In this document: positions 9,365 to 20,828 of the stretch, one piece after another
How positions within the stretch are numbered: position 1 is the stretch's first letter
Layout of the letters: each line of letters opens with the position of its first letter
Assembly: GCF_000973505.1 (NCBI RefSeq)
Contig: NZ_CP010048.1
Coordinates: 180,001 to 212,000 of the forward strand
DNA: 32,000 bases
Direction of reading: 5' to 3'
DNA from: Candidatus Saccharimonadota bacterium
GTDB lineage: Bacteria > Pseudomonadota > Gammaproteobacteria > Enterobacterales > Enterobacteriaceae
Position numbers and translations under genes: made by a program
Notes under the pieces: generated by a model
Told to the model about the DNA's origin: nothing
Seen by the model: the letters and a program-made list of their open reading frames with translations, nothing else
The model's database searches: none

Positions 9365-12049
9365 TCATATAAGACGGGGATTGATTTTATTTATGTCAAT
9401 GTTGAATTTTTTAATAGTATTCATTACTAAATTGTCTTTTATTATGCCCTGTTTTGACAATTGATATAGTGCAGCAAGTATTATATGGGATTGATTTATT
9501 TCAAAATGAGATCGAAGGTTTTCTCTGCTGTCAGAACGTCCAAATCCATCAGTGCCTAAAACGAGAAAATTTTTTCCAGGGATGAAATTTCGGATTTGTT
9601 CCGGAAATAATTTAATATAATCAGTAGATGCTATGACTGGTGTCGTGTCTAAAATATTTGTTACGTAAGGAATACGTGGTATTTCCATTGGGTGTAACAT
9701 GTTCCAACGTTCACAATCCTGTCCATCACGAGCTAGTTCAGTAAAAGAAGTTACACTATATACGTTGGAGCTAATGTTATATTCTGCGGATAGAGTTTGT
9801 GCTGCTTTACGTACGTGATATAAAATGGCTCCTGATCCGATTAATTGTATTTTTCCGGATGTTCCAGGAAAAGATTCTAATTTATAGATACCTTTACAAA
9901 TACCTTCTTCTGTTCCTGGTGGCATAGCAGGCATTTCGTATTTTTCATTGAGTGTGGTTAAATAAAAAAAAATATTTTCTTGTTGACTGCCATACATACG
10001 TGCTAATCCATTTTGGATAATGACTGCAAGTTCATATGCATATGCTGGATCATATGAAATGCAATTAGGAATGGTTGATGCATGGATATGACTATGACCG
10101 TCGGCATGTTGTAATCCTTCTCCATTAAGTGTAGTGCGTCCGGATGTTCCTCCTATTAAAAATCCTCGTGCTTGTTGATCAGCAGCAGCCCAAAATAAAT
10201 CTCCAATTCGTTGAAATCCGAACATTGAATAATAAATGTAAAATGGTATCATTGGAAAATCATTTGTGCTATATGATGTTGCGGCTGCTATCCATGATGA
10301 TCCTGCCCCTAATTCATTGATACCTTCCTGTAGAATTTGTCCTTTTTTATCTTCTTTGTAATAAGCGAGAAGATCTTTGTCTTGTGGTGTATATTTTTGT
10401 CCTTGAGAGTTATAAATTCCAAGTTTTCGAAACAACCCTTCCATTCCAAATGTACGAGCTTCATCTGCAATAATTGGTACTAAATAATGTTTAATTGATT
10501 GATTTTGCAATAGTATGTTCAGTATACGGACAAATGCGATTGTAGTAGAGGTTTGTTTTTGCTGATTTAGTAATGATTTAAAATCTGTTAATTCAGGTAT
10601 TGTAAATGATTTTGTGAATTTTTTTAAACGACTGGGAACATAACCATGTAGATCTTTTCGTTTTTTATGTAAATAGGTATATTCTTCAGAATGTTTTTCA
10701 AATATTAGGTATGGTAATGATTTTATCTGATCGTCTGTAATGTGATTTAAGTGCAATTTATTTCGGAAATTTTTTATATCTTCTATAGTCATCATTTTTA
10801 TTTGATGAGAAATGTTTGCACTTTCTGCTGTTGTACCCATGCCATATCCCTTTATTGTATGCAATAATATTACTGTTGGTTTTCCTGTTGTGTGTTTTGC
10901 TTTATGTAGTGCAGAAAATATTTTTTTTGGATCGTGTCCACCGTGATTTAAATTCCAAATTTCATCGTCGCTCATATTTTTTACTAGTAATTGAGTTTCT
11001 GGATATTTTCCAAAAAAATGCTTACGGATATATGCTCCATTTTTTGTTCTGAGTGTTTGATAGTCTCCATCAATAGTTTCATTCATTAATTGTATTAATT
11101 TTCCAGTTGTATCTTGTTTTAGTAATGTATCCCATTTTCCACCCCAAATAACTTTAATGACATTCCAGCCTGATCCATTAAATATATTTTCTAGTTCGTT
11201 GATAATTTTCCCATTACCATGTACTGGTCCATCCAGACGTTGTAGGTTGCAATTTATGATGAAGATTAAGTTGTCTAATTGTGCTCGACTAGCAATATTT
11301 AGCACACCTGTTGATTCAGGTTCGTCCATTTCTCCGTCTCCTAAAAATGCATATACAGTTTGTTTGCTAGTATCTTTAAGGTTTCGGTCGTTTAAATATT
11401 TTAAAAATTTTGCTTGATAGATTGCAGATATTGCACTTAACCCCATGGAAACTGTTGGAAATTGCCAAAATCCGGGCATTAATTTTGGATGTGGATAAGA
11501 TGGTAGTCCATGATTATTGATTTCTTGACGAAAATTGTTTAACTGTTTTTCAGTTAAACGCCCTTCCAGAAAAGCCCGGGCATATACACCAGGTGAAATA
11601 TGGCCTTGAAAATATATTAGATCCCCTCCATCATTGTTATTTCGAGCTCTAAAAAAATGATTAAAGCATACTTCATAGATAATTGCTGCAGATTGAAAAG
11701 AAGCAATATGTCCTCCGAGCTCAAGATTTTTTTTTGATGCCTTTAATACCATCATCATGGCATTCCATCGGATGGCAGAGCATATTTTATGTTCTAATTC
11801 TAAATTACCAGGATATAATGGTTCATTTTCAGCGGGTATTGTATTAATGTAATTACTTGTGTGTTGCTGATTATTATTTTTAGTAATAGTGTTAGTATGT
11901 AGTTTGTAGTTATTTATTTCTTGTAGGATGTGATTGATTAAAAATTGTGCACGTTCAATACCATCATTATAAATGACCGATGTAATGGCTTGTATCCATT
12001 CATTTGTTTCAGTTTTATCTACATCGTTATATGTAAGATGTTTAGACAT
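9365..12049 (-). CDS. aceE: Pyruvate dehydrogenase E1 component, 894 aa
   Basis: Full-length similarity to E. coli AceE (887 aa). ThDP motif GDGEMDEPES, and HADGHSH. AAGGAAA Shine-Dalgarno 8-14 nt upstream of the ATG at 12049. Confidence 0.97.
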   Translation of the reverse strand: MSKHLTYNDVDKTETNEWIQAITSVIYNDGIERAQFLINHILQEINNYKLHTNTITKNNNQQHTSNYINTIPAENEPLYPGNLELEHKICSAIRWNAMMMVLKASKKNLELGGHIASFQSAAIIYEVCFNHFFRARNNNDGGDLIYFQGHISPGVYARAFLEGRLTEKQLNNFRQEINNHGLPSYPHPKLMPGFWQFPTVSMGLSAISAIYQAKFLKYLNDRNLKDTSKQTVYAFLGDGEMDEPESTGVLNIASRAQLDNLIFIINCNLQRLDGPVHGNGKIINELENIFNGSGWNVIKVIWGGKWDTLLKQDTTGKLIQLMNETIDGDYQTLRTKNGAYIRKHFFGKYPETQLLVKNMSDDEIWNLNHGGHDPKKIFSALHKAKHTTGKPTVILLHTIKGYGMGTTAESANISHQIKMMTIEDIKNFRNKLHLNHITDDQIKSLPYLIFEKHSEEYTYLHKKRKDLHGYVPSRLKKFTKSFTIPELTDFKSLLNQQKQTSTTIAFVRILNILLQNQSIKHYLVPIIADEARTFGMEGLFRKLGIYNSQGQKYTPQDKDLLAYYKEDKKGQILQEGINELGAGSSWIAAATSYSTNDFPMIPFYIYYSMFGFQRIGDLFWAAADQQARGFLIGGTSGRTTLNGEGLQHADGHSHIHASTIPNCISYDPAYAYELAVIIQNGLARMYGSQQENIFFYLTTLNEKYEMPAMPPGTEEGICKGIYKLESFPGTSGKIQLIGSGAILYHVRKAAQTLSAEYNISSNVYSVTSFTELARDGQDCERWNMLHPMEIPRIPYVTNILDTTPVIASTDYIKLFPEQIRNFIPGKNFLVLGTDGFGRSDSRENLRSHFEINQSHIILAALYQLSKQGIIKDNLVMNTIKKFNIDINKINPRLI

Positions 12050-12089
12050 GTTGATATTTCCTTAATAAAATCGGTCATGTTGTATGTTA

Positions 12090-12119
12090 AATGTACTGTG
12101 TACATGTATTTTTTGTCAA
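12090..12119 (-). promoter_or_regulatory. Candidate sigma70 promoter for aceE-aceF(-lpdA)
   Basis: On the minus strand there is a perfect -35 TTGACA (12119-12114), an 18-nt spacer, and -10 TACATT (12095-12090). The predicted leader is about 35 nt before the ATG at 12049. A 6-bp-arm palindrome ATGTAC-TGT-GTACAT (12091-12105) overlaps it. Such matches arise easily by chance in AT-rich DNA. Confidence 0.3.
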
Positions 12120-12950
12120 ATATTTCCATATATGTTTTGTAAAATATAAGAATGTCATGATATGTGACAGTTATGTTATATAATACTTATATCAGTAGTG
12201 TTATGTAGTTGTTAGTAATATTATGTAGTAATAATAATATGGTTGCTTTGTTGAGTGTATTGATATATTTTTTTCAAAAAAATTATTTTTTATATGTTTT
12301 AAAAATATTTTATTTAAAGTAAATGATCTATTTTTCATCTGAAATTTGTGTATGTTTTCAATTAGTGCATAATGCCATCATTAATAAACAGCATGTACAT
12401 GGTATTAATCGTATTTAGGTTTTATATAAATTTAGTATATTATTGTGTATGTAGTATGTGATTGTGGTTTATTATAAAATTTGTTGTTAGTCGTATCAAT
12501 CATACAACAATTATATCAATTGAGGAGTAGATATTGAATCGAATATATTATTAAATTTTGATAGATTTGTTATGTGTAGTAATATTTTTTTATTATTTGA
12601 ATGTTATTTATTATTTATATTTAAGTTAGTGTGGTTACATCTATATTATTTAAATATTGTAATATCTAAAAAAATATTAATTTTTACGCTATGCAAAGTC
12701 GTTATTTGTTATCAATGATACTAATTAATTTATAAAACTTGAATGTAATTATTGTACATATATAAATGTTAGAGTTAAAAAATTAGAAGTATAATAAGTT
12801 TTGGTTGGTTTTGTTGTTAATCATTTTTTTGTGTAATTTATTTTTATCTTTAAAAGTGTGAATTTATTATATAATACAATTAATCATGTAGTTAAGTATT
12901 TTAAAACATTAATGTTTTGTTTAATGTTTTTAAAATTATTTATATCCTTA

Positions 12951-12976
12951 ATAAGGTTAGAATGTAAGGTTAGAAT
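12951..12976. repeat. Tandem 13-bp duplication TAAGGTTAGAATG / TAAGGTTAGAATT in the aceE-mrcB spacer
   Basis: Read directly: 12/13 identity, head to tail. Confidence 0.85.
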
Positions 12977-13260
12977 TAAGAATTCCAAAAAATAGTATTG
13001 GTATCATTTTTAATAAAAAGATGTTGTTTCGACATTTTTTTGTAGTGTTCATGTTGAATTTTTTAATTTTTAATAGGTTTATGGTGCCTTGTATTAAGTA
13101 AATTTTAAAAGTTATATATTTTAATAAATGAATATTCGTCTAAAAATTTATATTATTTATTGACTAAATTATACGATAATTTATTTATTTTATAATAATT
13201 TATATATTGTTAGTTGATATATTAGATACAAGGAATGTTAAGAAGAAAAAGATATTATTA

Positions 13261-13286
13261 AGGAGGTATAAATAAGAAAAAGGAGG
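13261..13286 (+). promoter_or_regulatory. Twin perfect Shine-Dalgarno motifs (AGGAGG at 13261-13266 and 13281-13286); the second serves the mrcB GTG start
   Basis: AAGGAGG occurs twice, 20 nt apart, in an otherwise G-poor spacer. Only the second has a start codon (GTG 13297) at functional distance. Confidence 0.6.
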
Positions 13287-13296
13287 CGAGCAATCT

Positions 13297-15570
13297 GTGT
13301 ATATTTTTCAGTTTATTAAAAGTTATAAGTTATTGTTGTGTTTAAAAAAGATATTTTTTGTTAATTTTTGTAATACCTTTTCAAAAAATTATTTTGTGTT
13401 ATTAGTGGTTGTTGTTTTAATACCAATAATTAGTATTATTGGTTATGGTTGGTATTTAAATATAATAATACGTAATCGTATCAGTGGTGAAATTTGGCAG
13501 TTGTCTCCGGTTGTATATGGGCGAATTATTGATTTAGAACCAGGTATGTTATGTAGTTGTAATACAGCTATTAATATGTTGGAAGCCATTCAATATCGTC
13601 GTGTATCTAAAATTACTAGATCTGGTGAGTTTGTTGTATGTTCTAATTATATCGAGTTAATTCGTCGTGGATTTTTATTTCCAGATGGTTGGGAAAATGA
13701 AACTCATGTTCGTATAGTTTTTAATCAAGAATTAATATCAGAGATACGTAATCAAGATACAGATAAAGAGTTTAGTTTATTTCGCTTAGATCCTCCATTA
13801 ATTGGAATTGTTTCATCGCCTACCGGGGAACAGCGTTTGTTTGTGAGAAAAAGTGAGTTTCCAGATCTGTTAACAGATATTTTGTTAACTATTGAAGATC
13901 AGAGTTTTTATAGGCATGATGGCATAAAATTTTCATCAATCTTTCGTGCTTGTTTAATTAATATTCTCAAAGGGCGCACGGTACAGGGTGGTAGTACTTT
14001 AACACAGCAATTAGTAAGAAATTTATTTTTAAGTAACCAAAAATCATTTTGGCGAAAATTTAATGAAGCGTATATGGCGTTAATTTTTGATTATCGTTAT
14101 ACTAAAGATCAAATCCTCGAATTATATCTGAATGAAGTATATTTTGGGCAATATGGAAATGACGAGATCAGGGGGTTTCCGCTAGCTAGTTTTTATTATT
14201 TTGGTCGTCCTGTAAATGAGTTGAGTTTTGATCAGCAAGCTGTATTGGTTGGTATGATTAAAGGTGCTTCGTTATATAATCCTTGGAAGAATCCTAAATT
14301 AGTATTAGATCGTCGTAATTTAGTACTGAAATTATTAGAGAGCAAAAATGTTATTGACAGTGAATTATATAATGTATTGAGTGTTCGTCCCTTAGGAATT
14401 CGTAGTAAAGGTGGGGTGTTAATTTCTCAACCAGCATTTATGCATATGGTTCGTGAAGAAATGCGTAAAAAATTTGATAATAGAAAATTAAATTATTCTG
14501 GAATTAAAATATTTACCACTTTGGATCCAATATCTCAGTGTATGGCTGAGAAATCGATAGAGCAAGGTATTTTTTCTTTACGAATTAAGCACAATATGAC
14601 AGATTTAGAGGTTGCTATGGTCGTAATTGATAGATTTAGTGGTGAAATACGTGCTATGATTGGTGGATCGGATCCCCAATTTTTTGGGTTCAATCGTGCG
14701 ATGTATGCTCGTCGTTCTGTTGGTTCATTGGCTAAGCCGGCTACGTATCTCACTGCTTTAAGTGATCCTGATAAATATAGTTTAAATACATGGATTCCTG
14801 ATAAGCCAATTTTGATTAAGCAAACGAATGGGCATTATTGGTTTCCGAGAAATTACGATCGTACATTTCGGGGAAGAGTTATGTTAATTGATGGTTTAGT
14901 CCAATCTCTTAATGTACCTACTGTACATCTTGGAATGATGATTGGATTAAATAAAATTATTAGTACTTTATTAAAGTTAGGTATTCCTGAATTTGCTATT
15001 ATGCCATTCCCATCAATGTTGTTAGGAGCTATGAGTTTGACTCCATTAGAGGTTGCTCAAGAATTTCAAACTATAGCTAGTGGTGGTAATTATGTTAATT
15101 TATCTGCAATATATTCAATAATTTCTACGGATGGTACTGTGTTATATCAGAATATGCCTCAAGTAAAAAATGTTGTATCACCTCAGGCTGCTTATTTAAC
15201 ATTATATGCCATGCAACAAGTGGTAGAGCGTGGAACTTCTCGCTCTTTATCTTTGTTGTTTCCGGATTCTCATTTAGCAGCGAAAACGGGTACTAGTAAT
15301 GATTTTCGTGATAGTTGGTTTGTTGGCATTGATGGTAAAGAAGTAGTTATTGTTTGGGTTGGACGAGATAATAATGGTTCTGCTAAGTTAACTGGTGCTA
15401 ATGGTGCATTATTTTTATATCGGTTATATTTAGAACGTCATCCCCCATTTCCGTTATCTTTAGTACCTCCAAAAGGTATTGTGGATATGTTTGTTGATAG
15501 CTATGGAAATTTTGTTACTGAATCTCAAAGTACGGATCGTATGTTTCCTGTTTGGATTAAAGATTCTTAG
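13297..15570 (+). CDS. mrcB: Penicillin-binding protein 1B (bifunctional peptidoglycan glycosyltransferase/transpeptidase), 757 aa
   Basis: Glycosyltransferase motifs [23 protein letters not shown] and [10 protein letters not shown]. Transpeptidase motifs SVGSLAKP (SxxK), SLN and KTGTS. Single N-terminal TM segment ([23 protein letters not shown]). GTG start at 13297 with a perfect AGGAGG at 13281-13286 (10 nt spacing). The gene call is firm; the exact start is less certain. Confidence 0.93.
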   Translation: MYIFQFIKSYKLLLCLKKIFFVNFCNTFSKNYFVLLVVVVLIPIISIIGYGWYLNIIIRNRISGEIWQLSPVVYGRIIDLEPGMLCSCNTAINMLEAIQYRRVSKITRSGEFVVCSNYIELIRRGFLFPDGWENETHVRIVFNQELISEIRNQDTDKEFSLFRLDPPLIGIVSSPTGEQRLFVRKSEFPDLLTDILLTIEDQSFYRHDGIKFSSIFRACLINILKGRTVQGGSTLTQQLVRNLFLSNQKSFWRKFNEAYMALIFDYRYTKDQILELYLNEVYFGQYGNDEIRGFPLASFYYFGRPVNELSFDQQAVLVGMIKGASLYNPWKNPKLVLDRRNLVLKLLESKNVIDSELYNVLSVRPLGIRSKGGVLISQPAFMHMVREEMRKKFDNRKLNYSGIKIFTTLDPISQCMAEKSIEQGIFSLRIKHNMTDLEVAMVVIDRFSGEIRAMIGGSDPQFFGFNRAMYARRSVGSLAKPATYLTALSDPDKYSLNTWIPDKPILIKQTNGHYWFPRNYDRTFRGRVMLIDGLVQSLNVPTVHLGMMIGLNKIISTLLKLGIPEFAIMPFPSMLLGAMSLTPLEVAQEFQTIASGGNYVNLSAIYSIISTDGTVLYQNMPQVKNVVSPQAAYLTLYAMQQVVERGTSRSLSLLFPDSHLAAKTGTSNDFRDSWFVGIDGKEVVIVWVGRDNNGSAKLTGANGALFLYRLYLERHPPFPLSLVPPKGIVDMFVDSYGNFVTESQSTDRMFPVWIKDS

Positions 15571-16249
15571 TATATATTGTTATTGCCGGAAGTATTTAGC
15601 TGTGGTGCTATGTTTTATGGGATAATTATTAATTTATTTTTAGTGTATTTCGATGTAATATATGTAGTATAAACATATATTGTTAATGTTCAATTGAGAG
15701 AAATATAATCAGTATCAGTTTTTGATTTCGTGGTATTTTTTGTAGAGAAAATTTGCACGATTTGTGAAATAGTATTATCAATTTTTATATTGATGTTTGA
15801 TTATTGTGCATGATGATGTTTGTTTTTTGATGTTGCAATAATTTTTTTGTATTTTCGTTTGTAATTAAGATGGCTTTTATTGGGAATTGTGGTTTGTTCA
15901 ATGGTGTGTGCATAATATATGTTATGATGTAATATTAGGAGGGGTAAGTGATTGTTTATAGAATATTTATGCACATAATAACGATAATTTGTATGGTTAT
16001 ATTTTAATTTTTAATTAGTAATTGCATTTTTGCGAGGATGACATCATTAATAGTATATTTTAATAGTATCACTGATTTATGTTGCGTATTCTTTTTTTAA
16101 AAAACGTTTTTAAAATTATTTTCAGGGCGTATTACAGAATATGAGTGTATTTTTTATTATGGATATATTATATTTTGTGTAATATTTTGAAGTTTTATTT
16201 TGGGTATGTTTAAGTTTATTAATGATTCGGTGTTGTAGAGAAAATATTT

Positions 16250-16597
16250 ATGGTTACGGGTTCATCAAAGGAATATTTGGAATTTACTGATGCAGCAGTG
16301 ATTAAAATGACGAATATTATTCAGGATGCACATAATCCTGCATTAAAGTTGCGTGTGTATATAGTAGGTGGAGGTTGTGGAGGATTTCAATATAAGTTTA
16401 TACTTGATGAGGTTATTCAAGTTGATGATTTTTATATTGAGAAAAAAGGTGTGATTTTAGTTGTTGATCCTATAAGTTTACAGTATTTAACTGGTGGTAC
16501 GATAGATTATTATCATGGTTTAGAGGGTTCTCGGTTTATAGTTATTAATCCTAATGCTAAAAGTACTTGTAGTTGTGGATTATCTTTTAGTGTTTAG
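16250..16597 (+). CDS. erpA: A-type iron-sulfur cluster carrier/insertion protein ErpA, 115 aa
   Basis: LEFTDAA..., [53 protein letters not shown]. This is near-collinear with E. coli ErpA (114 aa), including the three Cys ligands. Confidence 0.92.
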   Translation: MVTGSSKEYLEFTDAAVIKMTNIIQDAHNPALKLRVYIVGGGCGGFQYKFILDEVIQVDDFYIEKKGVILVVDPISLQYLTGGTIDYYHGLEGSRFIVINPNAKSTCSCGLSFSV

Positions 16598-16844
16598 AAA
16601 ATACTTTATGTATTTTGTGAGTTTTTGTTTGTTTAGTTTGTTATTTTTTTATTTTTTTAATGTTTTTGAAAGTAGAATATAATACAATATGATGATGTTG
16701 TGGTTGAAATTGTTTGAAATTTATGATTAATTATTGTTATTATAGAAAAAAACTTTAAATTTATTTCGTTATGTTTTGATCATCATAGCTCCCGTATTTT
16801 TGATTACGTATTTTGATATTATTATTTTATTTTAATTATATAAT

Positions 16845-16877
16845 ATATTTGATTAGTTATTTGATATTTGATTAGTT
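16845..16877. repeat. 14-bp direct repeat ATATTTGATTAGTT x2 with a 19-bp period, in the erpA-pyrG spacer
   Basis: The copies at 16845-16858 and 16864-16877 are identical, separated by ATTTG. Further ATTTGAT-like copies follow, up to about 16900. Confidence 0.85.
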
Positions 16878-17262
16878 TTGGTGTGTTGATTATTTGACAT
16901 ATTTATTTTTCGGATTTAGGGTAAATTTTTAGATGTTCGTTTTAAAATATGTTAATACATTAAGTGGTTCAAGAGTATTAATAAGTTGATTTATTGTGGA
17001 TTTTATGGATAGTATATTTAGATGGGGTTATTATAATGTGCATTCGTTTTTTAAACTGTATAATAAATTTATTGTCGTTTTATTGTTGTTAGTGTCGTTT
17101 ATTTTTAATATTTAATGATTGTTGATTGTTGTGTTTATTAATAAAAAAGTGGTTGATTGGTTTATAGATGTTGTTTTGAGTGTTTTTTTAAATTTATTAT
17201 TTTTTGATCATGGATTTAGATTGTTTACTGTTTGTTTGAATGTGTTTTGTGTGTTTTAATAA

Positions 17263-18996
<1,734 letters not shown>

Positions 18997-19046
18997 TTGG
19001 TATATGATTAATATTTTGTTTTTTTATGTAAATACAATTATGTTAT

Positions 19047-19084
19047 ATATTAATTGAAATTATAAATATTAATTGAAATTATAA
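19047..19084. repeat. Perfect tandem duplication, 2 x 19 bp (ATATTAATTGAAATTATAA) in the pyrG-eno spacer
   Basis: Read directly: 19047-19065 and 19066-19084 are identical, head to tail, 43 nt upstream of the eno ATG. Confidence 0.95.
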
Positions 19085-19127
19085 TTGTCACCAAAATATA
19101 GTATTTATATTAGGGAGTGGTGAAATA

Positions 19128-20423
19128 ATGTCTAAGATTATAAAGGTTGTAGGTCGTGAAATTATTGATTCTCGTGGGTATCCGACAGTAGAATCAGAAG
19201 TGTATGTGGAGGGTGGTTTTATTGGTTTAGCATCGGTACCTTCTGGTGCTTCTGTGGGGATTCGTGAAGTGTGTGAGTTGCGTGATGGTGATTCATCACG
19301 ATTTTTAGGAAAAGGTGTGATGAAAGCGGTAAATTGTGTTAATGGTCCTATAGCTAATTTGTTAATAGGAAGAAATGTACTTGATCAGTCTTCGTTAGAT
19401 CAAAATATGATAGATTTGGATGGTACTAAAAATAAATCAAGATTTGGGGCAAATGCTATTCTTAGCGTTTCTCTTGCTATTGCAAAAGCTGCTGCTTCTT
19501 TAAAATCAGTTCCTTTGTATCAGTATATATCCGAGCTGTATGGTACTTCGAATAAATTTTCTATGCCTATTCCAATGATGAATATAATTAATGGCGGGAA
19601 ACATGCAATTAATAATATTGACATTCAAGAATTTATGATTCAACCAGTTGGAGCTAAAAGTATTAAAGAAGCAATTCGTATGGGCGCAGAAGTGTTTCAT
19701 AATTTAGGTCATGTTTTAATTGATCATGGTTTGGGTGTTACATTAGGTGATGAAGGTGGATATTCGCCTAATTTAAAATCTAATGTTCTTGCTTTGGAGT
19801 TTATTAAGGAAGCAACGGTGCGTTCTAATTATATTTTAGGACAAGATATTGTTTTTTCAATAGATTGCGCGGCTTCTACTTTTTTCGATAAATCTAATAA
19901 GCAATATTATTTACGAGGTGAAGGAAAACATTTTACTTCTGAGGAGTTTACTAATTATTTAGATATTCTTACTAAAAAGTATCCGATTGTTTCTATTGAA
20001 GATGGTCAAAGTGAGTGTGATTGGAATGGTTTTATTTATCAGACTCGCATGCTTGGAGATAGGTTGCAATTGATCGGGGATGATGTATTTGTCACTAATT
20101 CTGATATTTTAAAGTCTGGTATTAATGATGGTGTTGCGAATGCTATTTTAATTAAATATAATCAGATAGGGTCTTTAAGTGAAACATTGCAAACAATTAG
20201 GATAGCAAAAAGTTCGGGGTATGCTACAATTATCTCTCATCGTTCTGGTGAGACTGAAGATTCCACTATAGCTGATTTATCGGTTGGCACTGCTTCAGGA
20301 TACATTAAAACAGGATCATTACGTGGTTCTGAGCGTTTGGCTAAATATAATCGTTTGATTCGTATTGAAGAAGAATTAGGAGATAATGTGTCTTATAGCG
20401 GGAATGGTGTATTTAGTTCGTAA
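19128..20423 (+). CDS. eno: Enolase (phosphopyruvate hydratase), 431 aa
   Basis: [53 protein letters not shown]-like purines sit upstream of the ATG. Confidence 0.97.
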   Translation: MSKIIKVVGREIIDSRGYPTVESEVYVEGGFIGLASVPSGASVGIREVCELRDGDSSRFLGKGVMKAVNCVNGPIANLLIGRNVLDQSSLDQNMIDLDGTKNKSRFGANAILSVSLAIAKAAASLKSVPLYQYISELYGTSNKFSMPIPMMNIINGGKHAINNIDIQEFMIQPVGAKSIKEAIRMGAEVFHNLGHVLIDHGLGVTLGDEGGYSPNLKSNVLALEFIKEATVRSNYILGQDIVFSIDCAASTFFDKSNKQYYLRGEGKHFTSEEFTNYLDILTKKYPIVSIEDGQSECDWNGFIYQTRMLGDRLQLIGDDVFVTNSDILKSGINDGVANAILIKYNQIGSLSETLQTIRIAKSSGYATIISHRSGETEDSTIADLSVGTASGYIKTGSLRGSERLAKYNRLIRIEEELGDNVSYSGNGVFSS

Positions 20424-20487
20424 TTGTTAAAGTTTAAAATTATTTATTAGTTTATAATATTAGTAATGTATAATAGTTTATTTGATC

Positions 20488-20537
20488 AATATTTCTTCTT
20501 TAGTTTAGGAGGCAAGAAATATTTTGTATTATTTTTT
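20488..20537 (+). terminator. Weak candidate intrinsic terminator downstream of eno
   Basis: A perfect 10-bp inverted repeat, AATATTTCTT (20488-20497) and AAGAAATATT (20514-20523), with a 16-nt loop, followed by the T-rich run TTGTATTATTTTTT. The stem has only one G-C pair and the loop is large, so predicted stability is low. Confidence 0.2.
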
Positions 20538-20757
20538 CAGAATCTCAGATTTTATTTAAAATTAATTCTTCAAAATTTATATTTAAATATTTATGATTAA
20601 CGATAGACATGTTTATTTTACATTTTCAAATAATTTTATGTTTTGGATTGTTTGTATTTTTTAGTATTTGATAATATATTATCAATTATTTTATCAATAA
20701 GTATATGAGTTTTAAAATAACAATAAATAATAACTTTATATTATCGAATATAGAGTT

Positions 20758-20786
20758 TTGACGCACTTGTGTGTTGTTTGTATTTT
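20758..20786 (+). promoter_or_regulatory. Candidate sigma70 promoter for cysJIH
   Basis: TTGACG (20758-20763), a 17-nt spacer, and TATTTT (20781-20786), about 40 nt upstream of the cysJ ATG at 20829. Motif match only. Confidence 0.25.
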
Positions 20787-20828
20787 AATAGTAATAGTTG
20801 TATTGATGTTATATTTGGTATCTTTATA

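Noticed and set aside
12924-12941. A 16-mer, GTTTTTAAAATTATTT, shared between the aceE-mrcB spacer (about 12925) and the mrcB-erpA spacer (about 16106), considered as a dispersed repeat element
   Set aside because: It is almost pure A/T. Across about 5.7 kb of spacer at this composition, several such coincidences are expected by chance, and the flanks show no extended similarity.
15937-16007. An orphan perfect AGGAGG (15937-15942) followed by GTG (15948) and a 19-codon hydrophobic ORF (VIVYRIFMHIITIICMVIF) in the mrcB-erpA spacer
   Set aside because: It is too short, and its composition is what AT/GT-rich DNA yields by default. It may be the fossil translation-initiation region of a lost gene (the fhu/hemL/clcA interval in E. 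coli). Nothing supports a live gene without conservation or expression data.
16960-16985. A tRNA-like T-loop string (GTGGTTCAAGAG) in the erpA-pyrG spacer
   Set aside because: There are no complementary acceptor, D or anticodon stems around it, and the flanks are plain AT-rich sequence. It is not a tRNA.
20507-20560. AGGAGG at 20507-20512 downstream of eno, followed by a TTG and an 11-codon ORF
   Set aside because: It sits in the loop of the weak eno-distal hairpin and the ORF is trivially short. It is probably a relic of a lost gene's RBS.
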